From: Takakia lepidozioides
Taxonomy: Eukaryota > Plantae > Bryophyta
Direction of reading: 5' to 3'
NCBI GenBank assembly: GCA_030704615.1
Contig: CM060732.1
Span: 20,646,001 to 20,710,000 of the forward strand
Length of the DNA stretch: 64,000 nucleotides
This document shows, piece after piece, positions 22,801 through 35,829 of this stretch. The translations under genes and the position numbers were made by a program. Within the stretch, counting starts at the first letter, position 1, and the number at the start of each line of letters is the position of its first letter. Under the pieces are notes generated by a model. That model made no database searches, was not told where the DNA came from, and was given only the letters and a program-made list of their open reading frames with translations.

Positions 22801-25800
22801 GTTGGGTAAAGTAGCAACAGCAATGCCTTACAAATAGGATCTTCATTTTGTGCAGCATCCATGGGTGTCAAGGGAGTACAAGCCAGGGCTGCCTCCTCAA
22901 CCTCTAGCCCAGCCCCCAAATTGCAGTCCTCTGGGAACCTAGCAAAGGCAGAAGTACGTGAGAAGAATTTGGTGGGCAAGGCTAGCCATGAGGAAAGGAT
23001 GGCCGATGCACGGATTTTGCGGACCCTGGCATCATACTTGTGGCCCAAGGACAACCCTGAATTTCGCAGGCGCGTGGCTCTGTCCCTCAGCCTCTTGGTT
23101 GCCTCCAAGGTAAGCAGGTACTGTCTTTGTTCCTGATATCAGCCTCACAGCCGGCAATGTGTGGTTGGTGGCAAGCAAAGTGGAGTTGGACGGTTGAACC
23201 GAGAGACACTCACTGACATTCCCATGCACAGGTGCTGAATGTTCAAGTGCCCTTCATGTTCAAGTATGCCATCGATGCCCTGTCTGCTGCTCTGGGTGCA
23301 GCAGGCGCCACAGCAGCAGCAGCGAGTAGCAATCCTTGGCTGATTCCAATCTTTGCCACCCCAACAGCTGTTCTTCTAGGCTATGGTATTGCTCGAATAG
23401 GTGCCTCCGCCTGCAATGGTGAGTTTGCCTCTCAGCTCTATCAAGACACCTTCTGAAGTTAACTTGGTTCACTGTTCCCTGGTTTTCACAGTTTTATGGT
23501 TTCCGTAGGAACCCTTCAAGGCTGTCTTTCAAGTTGGCAACAAGATTGTGTTTTATATCACGTTTGGATTTTTTTACATGCCAAATTTTTTCCACCTTCT
23601 CATAGGCATTGGTATCCTTCAACCAAGGCTAGTGGGTCACAGGCTTAGCTAGTCACAGTCTAGCTCACCTATGGTCTGTATGTTTTGGAAACAGAGCTGC
23701 GGAATGCTGTGTTTGCCAAGGTAGCGCAAGGCACGATTCGTACTGTGGCCCGCCAGGTGAGACACCTGCCATGTGTGTGTGAGTGCAGAAGTGTCTTGTC
23801 TTTTGAATGGTGATCTTTCTCTAGGGGAGGTGCAGAGGGCTTAAGGGACACAGTATAACTACAAGAGAGGACTGAAATGAAAGAAAAGAAGAAAGGGAAG
23901 AAAAATAGTTTTTGGAAGGCCCAGAGGGTCTATGATGACAAAGTAAAACCACAGAAGAAAACCAAAAGAGTTTATCAGAGCCCAAACATCACTTGGAAAC
24001 ATAGTACCTCGTGCACATACGGTCAAAGAGCTTCTGGGACAAGAATGTGTAACTCATAACACTTCAGAACTTTGTATCCTGGTTGCCCTATCTGTTTGCT
24101 CTGTGGGATTCAGGATATTTCTTGACATGACCATTGGGGTGATTGCAACAGGTCTTCATGCATCTTCACAACCTTGATCTGAGCTTTCACTTGAGGTACT
24201 CTCTTTTACTAGAGCCTATTTATGTCTGTTACTTTGAGCTGGCCATGAGTATATGCCAGCTTTGTGAATACTGGATGAAGAGCCTTTTTAAGTAGTCTGT
24301 AGTCTCAATAAGTTATTATAGAATATTGAGTCTTGTTTAAACAGATGAGTGCAGTTGGCCTGCTATTAAGTTGTTTTGGCTGTAGTACAAGAGGATGGAC
24401 ACCCATGAAGATTGGTTATTGCTTTAACCGCCCTTTCGGTGTAGCCGACAGACAGGTGCGTTGAGTCGCATGATCGATCGGGGGACACGTGCCATCAACT
24501 TCATCCTTACCTCAATGGTCTTCAATGTGGTGCCCACCCTTTTGGAGGTGTGGCTGCCTGACAATGGCTTGGTTTTCCTTCCTCAGTTAATGCTATGCCG
24601 TTCTGTAAGGTAGAAGGTGTATGATTTATTCCAGAGGGTCCCAAACATATTGTAAGGGTTGCAGCTCTTGCTGCTGTATGTTTGGACTATTAATCTAGCA
24701 AGGTTGGTGTGAGAGATGAGTACTGGCCATAATCCATAGAGACCATGCCCGTTTATGACTGAGCCAAGAAAAAAGGAAGAGATAAGGAGCAAGAATGGAA
24801 CCCAGGACCATCACAGCAGAGACTTCATGGGAGAGAGGAAGTTGCTCCTGGCCTCTCAGCAATTCTCGAAGATTCTTTGCAATATTCATCCCAGAATTCA
24901 GACGCCACAGCTTCCTAGTACATGTGAAAAGAGGTTCATTGTCAGGCATATTGATGCTTTGAAAGAGGGCACATGTTTACTATTGAGAGAGGGAAAGACA
25001 AAGAGATTTATAATAAGAATAGAACACCAGAATCTACACCCACAGGAGAGTACCCATTGGACAGAATGTACACATAAGACGTTGTGTGCCGTAGCCTTGT
25101 GGCCATTGACCCCGCGCCTAGTTTGAGCGGAACACGAAGGGACAGAAACTATCTTTGTCATGGGCTGATGCTGGTAGTATGACTTACCTTGAAACAGACA
25201 ATACCCATGGGACGGAGTAGATAGAAATGAGAAACTCGAAAGAACCTCTCAAAAACTCCACACACGGGCCAAGGTCTTTCCTCTGACCTTGGGAAAGAAA
25301 TTTCAAACCAGGAAAGGTGGGGTGGGACACAGTTTTTCCTATGCTTTATTTTTGTGAAGATAACGGCTGGCTTACACTTAGAAACGCACTCTTTGGCGGG
25401 ATCACTTACTTTTCTGTCACACGGTTCAAGTATCTGAACCCTTGGTAGTTTTCTGGACTTCCAGATATCCATGGTTGCAAGCATACTAGCCTACAAATTT
25501 GGAGCTCCATTTGCGTGGATTACCTCTCTCACCGTGGCCGCTTACACTGCATTTACACTAACTATCACTCAGGTAATGTCACACAGCCACTGGGTTCTCC
25601 CTTTCTTTGTTGTAATAACTTTCCATACAGTATGTGGGTGAATTGTACCTTAATTGTACTGTTAGAATCATATCCAATAACCTCATTCCACTCGTCTTGT
25701 GTGAGCATTTACTTGAGTATTGTTACTGTAATGTCTGTTTCTCTTGCTGCCTTACTATCTAGTTGTGAAAAGAAGACTTAGTCTTCTTTTAACCCTATTA

Positions 25801-28800
25801 GTTTCCAGATTGGTGTCTTACAGGACTATGCTGTCACAGCTCTCTTTCTTTGCTTTACGACATGAATGCTGTTGTAATAATTATGATTTGAGTATGTTGT
25901 TCATGCGATATGAAGAGAGCGGGGTGTATATCTTCTGGCGACCATTCTTATGTTGACACAATCAATCTGGGGCTATCAGTTGTTTTCGAACATAATCACT
26001 GACGCTGGTTTTGTTCTTTGGTGCCTGATGTCGGGGTATGAATTTTATATATAGTGGCGCACGAAATTTAGGCAGGAAATGAACAAAGCAGAAAACGCCG
26101 CTAGCTCACGGGCGATTGACTCTCTCATCAATTATGAGGTAGGTTACTTTCTCCTGTGGACTTCATCATGTTATTCCTTTCCTCTTTCTTCTGTCTTTCC
26201 TACTGCCCTCTCACATGTGCAAGCTTACACAGCAGATAGTATGATGCGATGGATGTGCAAGGGCCGTGGACTTCATGTATGCTTTCTTCTTAGTGGGACA
26301 ATAACCGGTTTGCCTTGAGGTGGGTATGATTGCAGACTGTGAAGTACTTCAATAACGAGAAACATGAAGCTGAAAAGTATGATGAGTGCCTAAAGAGTGA
26401 GTGGCTTCTCTTTGTCTCTTTGGACCGCCATTGCGTGGTTTTGTGTTGCATAGACTTCTCTCTCTGCAGCTGGAAGATTAGTTCAGGGCTTCTCTAATCA
26501 AGTGAAATGTATTAAGTATTTTGTGGAGGAGGGAGAGAGACATGACTCCAGCCATGAATTGGCTGGTGTGACTTAGGGCCCACTTCCCCAAAAGCATACT
26601 CCTCAGTTGAGGTAGGAACTTCATTATGTGGAGCTTTGGTTGATTACTATGTTAGGGGGTATCTCTGTTCCTACTATTGATACCGGAGCCTCCCTCCCTT
26701 ACCAAATCGGACGTGTCTGCTTGATTGTGCTTTTGGCCAAATTGTGCTCGTAGTTTTCACCATAAATATATGTTACCTACTGCTTTCTTATGTCCTCTGT
26801 TCTTGAACCTCCTCCAGCAGTTTCTCTTCCTACCTCTAAGACACTGAATCGCTAATGCTGTCTGGAAGTCTGGCATACGTCACATATAGACAAGTTGAGT
26901 TGGTTTTGTAGAAGTGCTTTTTTTGGAAAGTTTACCATGTATTTTCTGACATCCTGCAATAGCCCATGGGGAGTCTTTGAAGCTGGGACTGTTGGGATTA
27001 TCAATTGTGAATGACGTCTATAACTCTGCAGGTGACTAGGGATAGCATGTAGCATAGCAAATCCAGAAAGTTTTATTCATCAGCTTTGTGAGTGAGATCA
27101 TCAGTTGGCTGCAGGAATACTTCTGACCATTAAGGTAGATATTCAGACTTGCCTGTGACAGCTGTTTCTGTCACAATTTTGACAAGTGTGGAAACTTTGA
27201 CAGAGTATGAGGAGGCTTCCTTAAAGACACAAACAAGCTTGTCAGCGCTCAACTTTGGGCAGAATGTCATCTTCAGCGCTGCCTTGTCAACCTCCATGAT
27301 AATGTGTGCCCAGGGCATTATGGATGGCACCATGACCATTGGTGACTTGGTACGTTCTTAGAAGAAGGAGCTTGCTTGTCTTTTTTCTATATTGCTGGGC
27401 CTTGCTATTCTAATTAGTTTCCGTTAATCTTGCCATTGTTGATGGATCTCAATAAATTATTTTCGCGTCTCAGAACATGAGAAACTTTTTTGTTTGCACT
27501 TTAATTTTGGTCAGGTATTTGCCCATCTCTGGCTTGTGGGCAGTCCCTCTTCATGGCATACAACTGGGATTTTTCTTAAATGCTGAAGGAGTGCCCCTTA
27601 TCTCTCGTACAGTCACTGCCAAGCATGCTTGTTGCACATTGTTAGTTTTTTACTGAAGACAAACCTGTTTCGACCAGATTATGTTGATTTGTTCAAAAGA
27701 TTTTGGCTCGTTCGTCTCTCATGATTTTCTATAGCTGTTTGAGCTTTCCGCGGACGTGATAAAGTACCATTTCGTTTCATTTCATTTCTATGTTACTGTT
27801 GCAGGTGATGGTGAACGGACTTTTGTTTCAGTTGTCATTACCGCTTAACTTCTTGGGGACAGTGTACAGGGAGACACGACAGAGCCTGATTGACATGCAT
27901 TCCATGTTTTCATTGCTGGAGGTACCATTATCTGTTCTTTTTCTGGATCTCTTTTAGTCTTACCACTCAGTACGAATTGTCAAAAGAGTTGATCCTGAAA
28001 ATCTGCAGCTGGTAGAGAACAAATGCTGGGAAAAGGGTGCCCAGCAGGGAAACAGAGAGTTTTGATCTGAATTGGAAAAGCTGCGTGAGGTGTGACCTAA
28101 AGATGGATCTTTTTTGTTATGTCCTAGAAGTACAATGGGGTTTGTCATGAAATTTGCAGGTGAACCCGAAAATAGCAGATGCGCCACATGCCAGACCACT
28201 TCAGTTCAAAGGGGGCAACATTTCTTTTGAGGATGTGTCTTTTGAGTGTGTTCCCTGACCCACTCCATCCTTTTTGCTCTCACCATTAAGTTCACGTTTT
28301 CTCTCAAACTCGACAAACATGTGACATCACTTAAAAAAGATCGCGCAAAGTTCTGCCATTTTCAAGCCTTTGTGTGAGCATTGATATCCTGAAGACATGG
28401 AGTTCAGAAATCTTTTAGGGTTATTGGATCTCAATGGACATGTTCTTGGAAGTGGGTGGGTCATATTTGACATTCTCCTGATCAATTGTTGTGTGGCAGG
28501 TATCAGCCAAACAGACTCATATTGAATGGAGTGTCCTTCAATGTGCCGGCAGGGAAGAGTGTCGCCATTGTTGGCACTAGTGGCAGTGGTATGTCTCTGA
28601 TAGCATGTATACATAAGACGTGAGGGGTTGGAATTTACAAAAAAAAGTCAAGATAGTTACAGCTTCCAGTGAACACTCTGGTCAATCAACTACTTGTGTA
28701 AACACAGTAAAAGAGGGACATTGACTACCTGTTTCTCATCTCTTTTATCTATTCCTTCCCCTGGTGCATATGTTTGCCAGAAAGAGAGGGAAAATGTAAG

Positions 28801-31800
28801 ATTCTTAGTATCGCCTATTTCACTGTCATATATGATTGGACATTTCCCAGGTGGACTCAGACATTGCTGTGTGGTTTTGGGTCATGAGCAGGGAAATCAA
28901 CAATTCTGAGATTGCTCTACCGCTTTTTTGATGCTGACTCTGGATCGGTAAGACTTTCTGGGGACCTCTTTCCTGACTGGCTTTTACTGTTAGCCAGCAG
29001 TTGAGTCCCCCCCGGTCTTTGAGAGATTTAGGCTTAGTATTTATCTGTGATGAGTTGTCAATTGAGGACAGCATTAAGAAGTTAGTCCTCCCCATCAATT
29101 TTCTTCATTCCATCGTCTCTCTTTCTCTCCATGACGATAGACTCTTGTGGCCCAATTACCTGTCTGCAGCTCTATCCCCATCTCTTCTAAGGACATTCAG
29201 AGGAATTGACCCTACTGGATGAAACTTCCCTGAACTTGTTTCCAGTCGGTGCAGACCTTAAGGATGATCTCAAGGTCTACCTACCCTCGGCACTAGACTG
29301 AAATTTAAATTCAGTGCGGGAAGCCTACCTTTGGTATCAGTGACTACTCCTGCTGCTCTTGCCTGCTCATCTTCCAAATGAGAAGAGTGACCAGGGCTTC
29401 TATCCATACAATGCAGCTGCTGTAGGATTAGGACCTAGGGGAAACCCTAACTAGTCACCCTATCTCCCTTTTTCCCAGTCCTGGGCGGATCATTCTCAAC
29501 AGAATAACCGGATCAGGCAATACTTGTGTGGTGTGAATTGTGGCAGTTCTTATGTAGATGTACAGGGCACCTTCGAATAGGAAAAAATACGTGCTGAACC
29601 ATGATGCTCTGACATTATAGAGTACAATTTCGTGTCATTTCTCCTCTGCCCTTGAAGGGCTTTCTAGAGGAAATCTGGAAATCCCGAACTGATTGTTTAT
29701 CTCATGGTAAGTACCACTACTGGTGTGAGCCCCTCTTAAAGGTAGTGTTGTTGTCTGTTCCCTCTTTGTTCTGCCCAAACTGGGTGCGGGGTCTATGGCC
29801 ACATGGCTACAGCAAACACCTTATGAGTACATTCAATGCCTCTCTTTTCACCAACTTTCAAAATCTCAAGGCTGAGCGTAAAGCCCCTGCCCTGTTGGGG
29901 TCTAATTGCTGGGCAACTCGCACACAACAGATTGATGCTTGTGTGAAGGGCTTTCCAGAGGAAATCTGGAAAGCCCGAAGTACTTGTTTATATCAAGGTT
30001 TAAGTCCCACTACTGGAGTAAGCCCCTCACAAAGGTAGTCTGTTCCCTCTTGTCCCCCCCAAACTGGGCGTGGGGTCTACAGCCACAAGTCTATGGCAAA
30101 CAACATATAAGTACAGTCTCTTTCTCTCTCTAGTACCATTTCATTTCACTTCTCTCTCACATCCCATGGTGAATTTCTAGGTCGCAGCTCTCTCATTTCA
30201 TTGGGGGAATTTATTCTGACTGGAAGAACAGAATGGAAGTTTTTTCCAAGTCCCAGACTCATTAAAGGACAATTTTGTCATGCAATTCTAACAGCTTTCA
30301 TGAATGTAGGCTTTTGTAGACATCTTGCCATGGCTATAAGGACTACTTGTATGTGCATTGGGAATCTCCAAACTATGTGGAGTGGGTTTTTTGACAGATC
30401 AAAGTGGATGATCAAAATGTGAGAGATGTGACCCTGGAGAGCCTACGGAGATCAATTGCTGTTGTTCCTCAAGACACGGTTGGAACAATACATTTGCTTA
30501 CAGTTTATGAAGTCTCTGTCACACATTTTAATTCTATTTTTCCGGGCATGGTCAATCTTTGTCTATCACCTTCCCATCCGTATGTTTCAACATCTCCGTA
30601 CCCCCAAAAAATATATACTTTTGGACGAATGAGGGAGGGGGAAAGGAACCCAGAACAAATACTAGAACGGGAAACCTAGATGACAGTCTCGGCAATCATG
30701 GACATAAGATAGAAATTTCTTTCTTTCTCTTGTCCCATAAGCTCTATGAGCTTTTCACGGACGTTATAAAGCACCATTTCATTTCATTTCATTTCATTTT
30801 GTTTGATCTGCATGGTTCTACTGTCCTTGGGCCTCCGTGGGCGTGATAAATTACTTTCCTCTGCTCTCCTTTTCTCAGATATGCTGCTGTGGTGATTTCC
30901 TGTTGACATTTGCGGTGTCTATTGTGGAGTTGAAAAGGGCTACATGAATGGGTGCAGGTGTTATTCAATGATACCATCTTCTACAATATACATTATGGGC
31001 GCCTTTCAGCTACTGAACAAGAGGTTGGTAGTCATACCCTCACACGTAACCATTGGTAGGGGTTTTTTCTAAGATCAGGATGCTGAGAAGACCAATGCTT
31101 TCGTTTGATACTCAGAAGTCGATGACATTACCGGGATTGCCTCTATGGATGAAAGCGTACTTTGACATGAAATACAGTGACATTCTCTCTGTAGGATGCG
31201 GACTGTAGCAGTCACTGGAACTACTCCAAACTCTATGTGGTGGAATAATGGGACATGAAAAAGTCAAGGTTGGGTGGGGACTGGGAGCAGGTTTATGAGG
31301 CTGCCAAGCAGGCAGCCATCCATGATGTCATCATGACATTCCCTGATAAATACCACACCCTTGTGGGTGAACGAGGCTTGAAGGTTGGAATCTCTTTTTT
31401 CCCTCTATCATTTTCTAAGTTTCTCTGTTTCTTTCTTCGTCTTCCATTTTGTCCCATAAGCTCTTTGAGCTTTCTGCGGACGTTATAAAGTACCATTTCA
31501 TTTCATTTCTTCTGTTACGAGAAGCAGAGATGCCTGGCTTCATGAGGCTCTCCAACTTAAAGGATCACTTGATGTTGATTTGTAGTTTTTGAGCTGCTTG
31601 TCAAAGGACCCACTTTCTTTCTTGAATCATGCTATCTTTTGTCTCAGCAGCTCTTTGAGCTTCATGTGGACATTATAAAGTGCCATTTCATTTCTCTCTC
31701 CAGAAGTGCATGACTACATACCTACATGAGCTCTCCAGTTTCTTTTGGAAGTTTGTGGAGCTTCCTTTGGACATTATGAAGTTCCTTTCCTTTCCTTCCT

Positions 31801-33495
31801 TTCTATATTTTCATGGCCACAATGCTCCACAAGCACTGGCATGTCAGTATATCTTTTTTCCTCTCCCGCTGTCATTTGTTTGTTTGCCATCCCTACCGCC
31901 TGCCCTCTCTTTATGGTACTATTGGTCAGTAGTTTCTTCTCAATCAACAATCTTCCAAAGCTGCTTTGTCCGTGTGATGATGTGATGTTACAGTTGAGCG
32001 GAGGAGAAAAACAGCGAGTCGCAATAGCCCGGGCCATCCTAAAGGCCCCCCATATCTTGTACACCCTCTGTCCTGATGCCCTGTTACTCATGGCATTTTC
32101 CTGTTTCCTTTTCTGAGGCAGTTCTTTATTCCTATGTTTCTGCAGATATTCCTAGATCAGAAGTCTCTCATTGGTACAAAGTAGGGAACCATCTCCCAGA
32201 TATTGCTCAGCCTGTTGAAATGGATGAAAAACTTTTCGGTTATAGAGACTCAATGTCCTCTCGAGAGTTCTCCATGCTAAGTGGTAATACAGAAATCAGG
32301 AATAGTAGATCTGTTGACGATGGTGTAAAACGCAATTTGTAGAACTTCTACTACTGCCACTTGATTTCAGGCATTGGTATATACAATATTCATCCTAGCA
32401 CACTTTATGTGTCATTTTGATGGAGGTTAGTTTAGTTGGTGTAAGAGAGCTCATCCTCAACAGATGACATTACACCATTGGGTAAGGGAAGCTCAAATTG
32501 AGACTCTTTCTATCTTTCTAACCCTCTCCCTTTTTAGTATGCCTACTGCAGACGGAATAAAGTTATTTCCTTCTCTTTGAGCTTCCCAAGGACATTATAA
32601 AGTTTCTTTCTCTTTCTTGTTTCTTTCGTTCTCTTGTCCCATAAGCTCTTTGAGCGTTCTGCGGACATTATAAACATTTCATTAGCTCTTTGGGCTATGG
32701 TATTACTCTAAGCTAAGTTCCTCTTTCCTTGTTCTTTCCCACTTCTCCTGGCTCCTGTTCTGTGCAAACTGGGCTTGTGATTGATCCATGGGAACAAGGC
32801 TGCTGCAACCAGTCTACTCATTATGTTGTCCTCCCCTTAATGAAGTAAATGCAATAGGGCAAAACTGCTAAGCAAGGTTTTGGGGGTTGAAGGCTCTGTG
32901 ACGAGGCAACTAGTGCATTGGATAGCACAACAGAGGCAGCGATCCTGGTGGCCCTTCGAGCGTTGGCTAACAATCGCACGGCCATATTTATTGCACATCG
33001 TCTCACAACTGCAATGCAATGTGATGAGGTACCTCCATTCAGTCTCTTGTTAGTAGTCTGAGTAACAGCAGGCAAATATTTAGTCTTTACTTACTTTGTG
33101 TTCATGAAAACAGACGTGAGTCTCTCTTGGGCACATTTTACAAATGCCAGGTAGTTGCTCAGTTATTACCAAAGATTCTTGTAAGTGGACCAGTAAAGAT
33201 GCTCTCAACCAGAACATGTTTGAGGTGATAGATTTGAGCGTCGTAGCTAGCCGAGGTTTTTTGTTGTTCAGCAGTGCAGCAATGGATTGTGTGGTGTTCA
33301 TTTGTCCTCACCAGCATAGATGTTTTACAGATTGTGGTGCTAGAAGGGGGCCGAGTTGTAGAACGAGGTGGCCATGACGTGCTGTTAAGATTGGCCGGTC
33401 GATACCATCAACTTTGGACTCAACAGAACACCACAGAGAATGGGGAGGGAGAATCCCTGGATACACATGACCCGGCACCTCAGTTAAGAAGCTGA
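19893..33495 (+). CDS. ABCB25: Mitochondrial ABC half-transporter ABCB25/ATM3 (Fe-S/Moco precursor export), ~21-22 exons
   Basis: Presequence [10 protein letters not shown]; [14 protein letters not shown]; [12 protein letters not shown]; [13 protein letters not shown]; [14 protein letters not shown]; Walker A GTSGSGKS; signature [13 protein letters not shown]; Walker [11 protein letters not shown]; IAHRLTT. The N-terminal exons (19893-19997, 21878-22022, possibly 22342-22389) are less certain. Confidence 0.95.
24700..25300 (-). mobile_element. L1-type LINE 3' fragment in ATM3 intron
   Basis: 25080-25200 is a close direct copy of 58600-58720 and an inverted copy of 29690-29820. Confidence 0.6.
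29145..30150 (+). mobile_element. L1-type LINE 3' fragment with internal duplication, ending in CATTT tail
   Basis: Segments match 58600-59127 (inverted) and 45823-45860 (inverted). EEIWKAR motif occurs twice (~29670, ~29960). Ends GTACCATTTCATTTCA. Confidence 0.65.
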
Positions 33496-34665
33496 AAACA
33501 TTTCAAGGAGTTTTTCATTTCGGTCACACCAGAGTTTGTCATGCGGACTGTCTGTTGGCAGTAATGACCGGGTGCTTCACACCTGGGACCATTCCCTAGT
33601 AAGTGAAGAAAATACCATCTCAAGGGAACCAGTTTTGCCTAGACTGGTTCCAACGATGTTATCAACTTACCAGAGGAAAACGCATCTGAATTGGGGGTGC
33701 CCTAATAAGCTCCCTGATCTCCACAAGGGCAAGGTCAGGGTTCTTCAGTTTGGTTGGCAAGTCCTTTTGTAATGATAGCCACAACAAACTGTCCGATTAG
33801 TTGAAAGCTGTGTGTCACCCTGGAATTCTAGAGAACCATCCATTTGCAGAATTGTGTTGAAGTTGGTAGAGAACCTTCTGAAACTTTCCAGCATCCATCA
33901 TGTAGGCCAAGTTTGGACTATAAATCTGGCACACCATACTCAGAAATATCATGCAACATCATGAGAATAACTGAACAGAGTCCAGAGATGAGCCAGAGTT
34001 CAGAAACTGGGCAGTTGACTGCACTAATGTGGGGTGGTCTTGCAAGAAACAAGCATTTACGGATTGGATATCCAATTATGCTGTGCATTCTAGGCAGATG
34101 AAACACTTACTGTCACTTCGTGTTGTACTTTTAATCGAGAGGATGATCGTTGTTGTCTTGTAAACAAACAACAAACTACAAGTGTAAGCACATTTGGGCC
34201 TGTACACTCTCATTGTTTTCAAGAAAATACCTGCCCTGTATACTAAACCCTGTTCAAAAACCCAATCACAATTTTTCTCGCCTTCCATGCGATAAGGCCT
34301 CTCTCTCTCCGAAGCACACCCAACTTCTTTGGTCGGCTACCCCAGTCACGCTGTTGGCTCCACAAATCCATGTTTCCCGAATTCACCCACACACACAAGA
34401 AGTAAGCCAAAGAATGATCTGTCAATGCCCACAAACACCTTCCAAGGGAGGCTGGGGTTGGGAGTGGAAGTCTGAAAGAACAAAATGTGATGGTTTTGAG
34501 GCAATTAACTTATCTGTAGAGGGAGAAAGAGAGCATGCCAGTCCTGCTTGTCAGCTACAGTGGATTTCACTAGGGGATGATGATTTCCAGATGAACAACA
34601 AACATGTATGGAAGGATGGAACTTGGGAATCTGGACACCTGTCTATCCTTCCAACGTCGGTACAG

Positions 34666-34770
34666 GGCACGTGTACAGCATCTATTCTATACTGGTGGGA
34701 CCGATCCATGAATCAAGGGCACAAGGTGGCAGCTCCTGGGACCCCTACACAGCAGGTCGCTGCCACGTCG
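34666..34770 (+). promoter_or_regulatory. G-box / ABRE motifs upstream of the LEA-like gene
   Basis: CACGTG at ~34668 and GCCACGT (reverse ACGTGGC) at ~34762. Confidence 0.4.
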
Positions 34771-35148
34771 TACACCGGTCGAGAAAATCTGGAATCCAAA
34801 CGATCCGGGTGCCTGCTCAGCCTGCTGTGTTGTGGGTTTTGCAGGTTTCTGTCCACAATCAAAAGCCTACAAAAGGACGTCCAGGCCTCAGCTTCTCTCC
34901 AGTCCTTACTTTCGAGCTAATTCAGCACTTACAAGTCTCACACGCTCATTTGTCTGCGCTGCATTCCAAGGCTTCTGAGTCTTTCCAGTTCAGGCTTACA
35001 GACACTGATCTTTGATCTCTTTGCGTTGCATTGCGAGGCTTCTGAGTCTTTCTGGGTCTAGCAAGTCTAGAGCTGGATTTTGTCTCTAGTAGTGCACATT
35101 TCGGCACCATCATCTGATCTGAGCATACAGATTCACTTTACTAGCCGA

Positions 35149-35829
35149 ATGGCATATGGGAATGGGGCAACCGCCACAAATGGGTATGGCAATGGCGCAG
35201 TGCGGGGCGCAGCTTCCCCAGTAGGTGCTCGCACTAGCACCGCTAACACTGGATGGAGGAAGAGGAGAGCTGGGCAACGAAGAACCAATGCACCTGCGGC
35301 GATCGTGAAGAACAAGCTCGCAGCACCCAAAGTGAGATTTGTGGACATGGGCGCAGCGGCTGGGCAAAGAATGGCAACTGCTGGTGCAGCCATGGGCGAG
35401 AAGTGGGCGCACTTGCGGGCCGACATGCGTCTTGGCTTCTATAGGATTGCGCATCCCTTCCACCCTGTCCGAAGAGTGGCCGCTCAGGAGTCCACTGTTT
35501 CCATTAAAGCTGCTGCCACAGGTACAGCGTACTTTCCCTCTTGAATGTTCTAAGCAGAGTGAATTCTCGGTCTAATATGAAACTCTAGACTCCCATGTTC
35601 AGTTCATTTCTCTCTCCTCTCTGGAGCTCTCTTTGGGAATTAGACGAGGTTTCATTGTAGACTAGATTTCTGTTGTGAGGATTTTTTGGAAGCTAACATG
35701 TATTTCTCTGCTTGGATATGTGGTACAGAGAGGAGAAGACAGAAGGTAGCTCGGGCAATTGATAATGCCTCCCGAAAGCGTGCACTTGTGCGCGAGCGCC
35801 GTGCTCAAAATCTAAACGCTGCAACATAA
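35149..35829 (+). CDS. 157-aa Ala/Arg-rich basic protein, weakly LEA_1 (group 4)-like; 2 exons
   Basis: Exons 35149-35521 and 35729-35829 join in phase across a GT-AG intron. 31 R+K versus 7 D+E. The helical segment EKWAHLRA...HPVRRVAAQE..IKAAATERRRQKVARA loosely follows the LEA_1 pattern. Confidence 0.7.

Noticed and set aside
34150-34920. 256-aa ORF
   Set aside because: Non-ATG start, no recognisable motif, and it overlaps the promoter of the 35149 gene.
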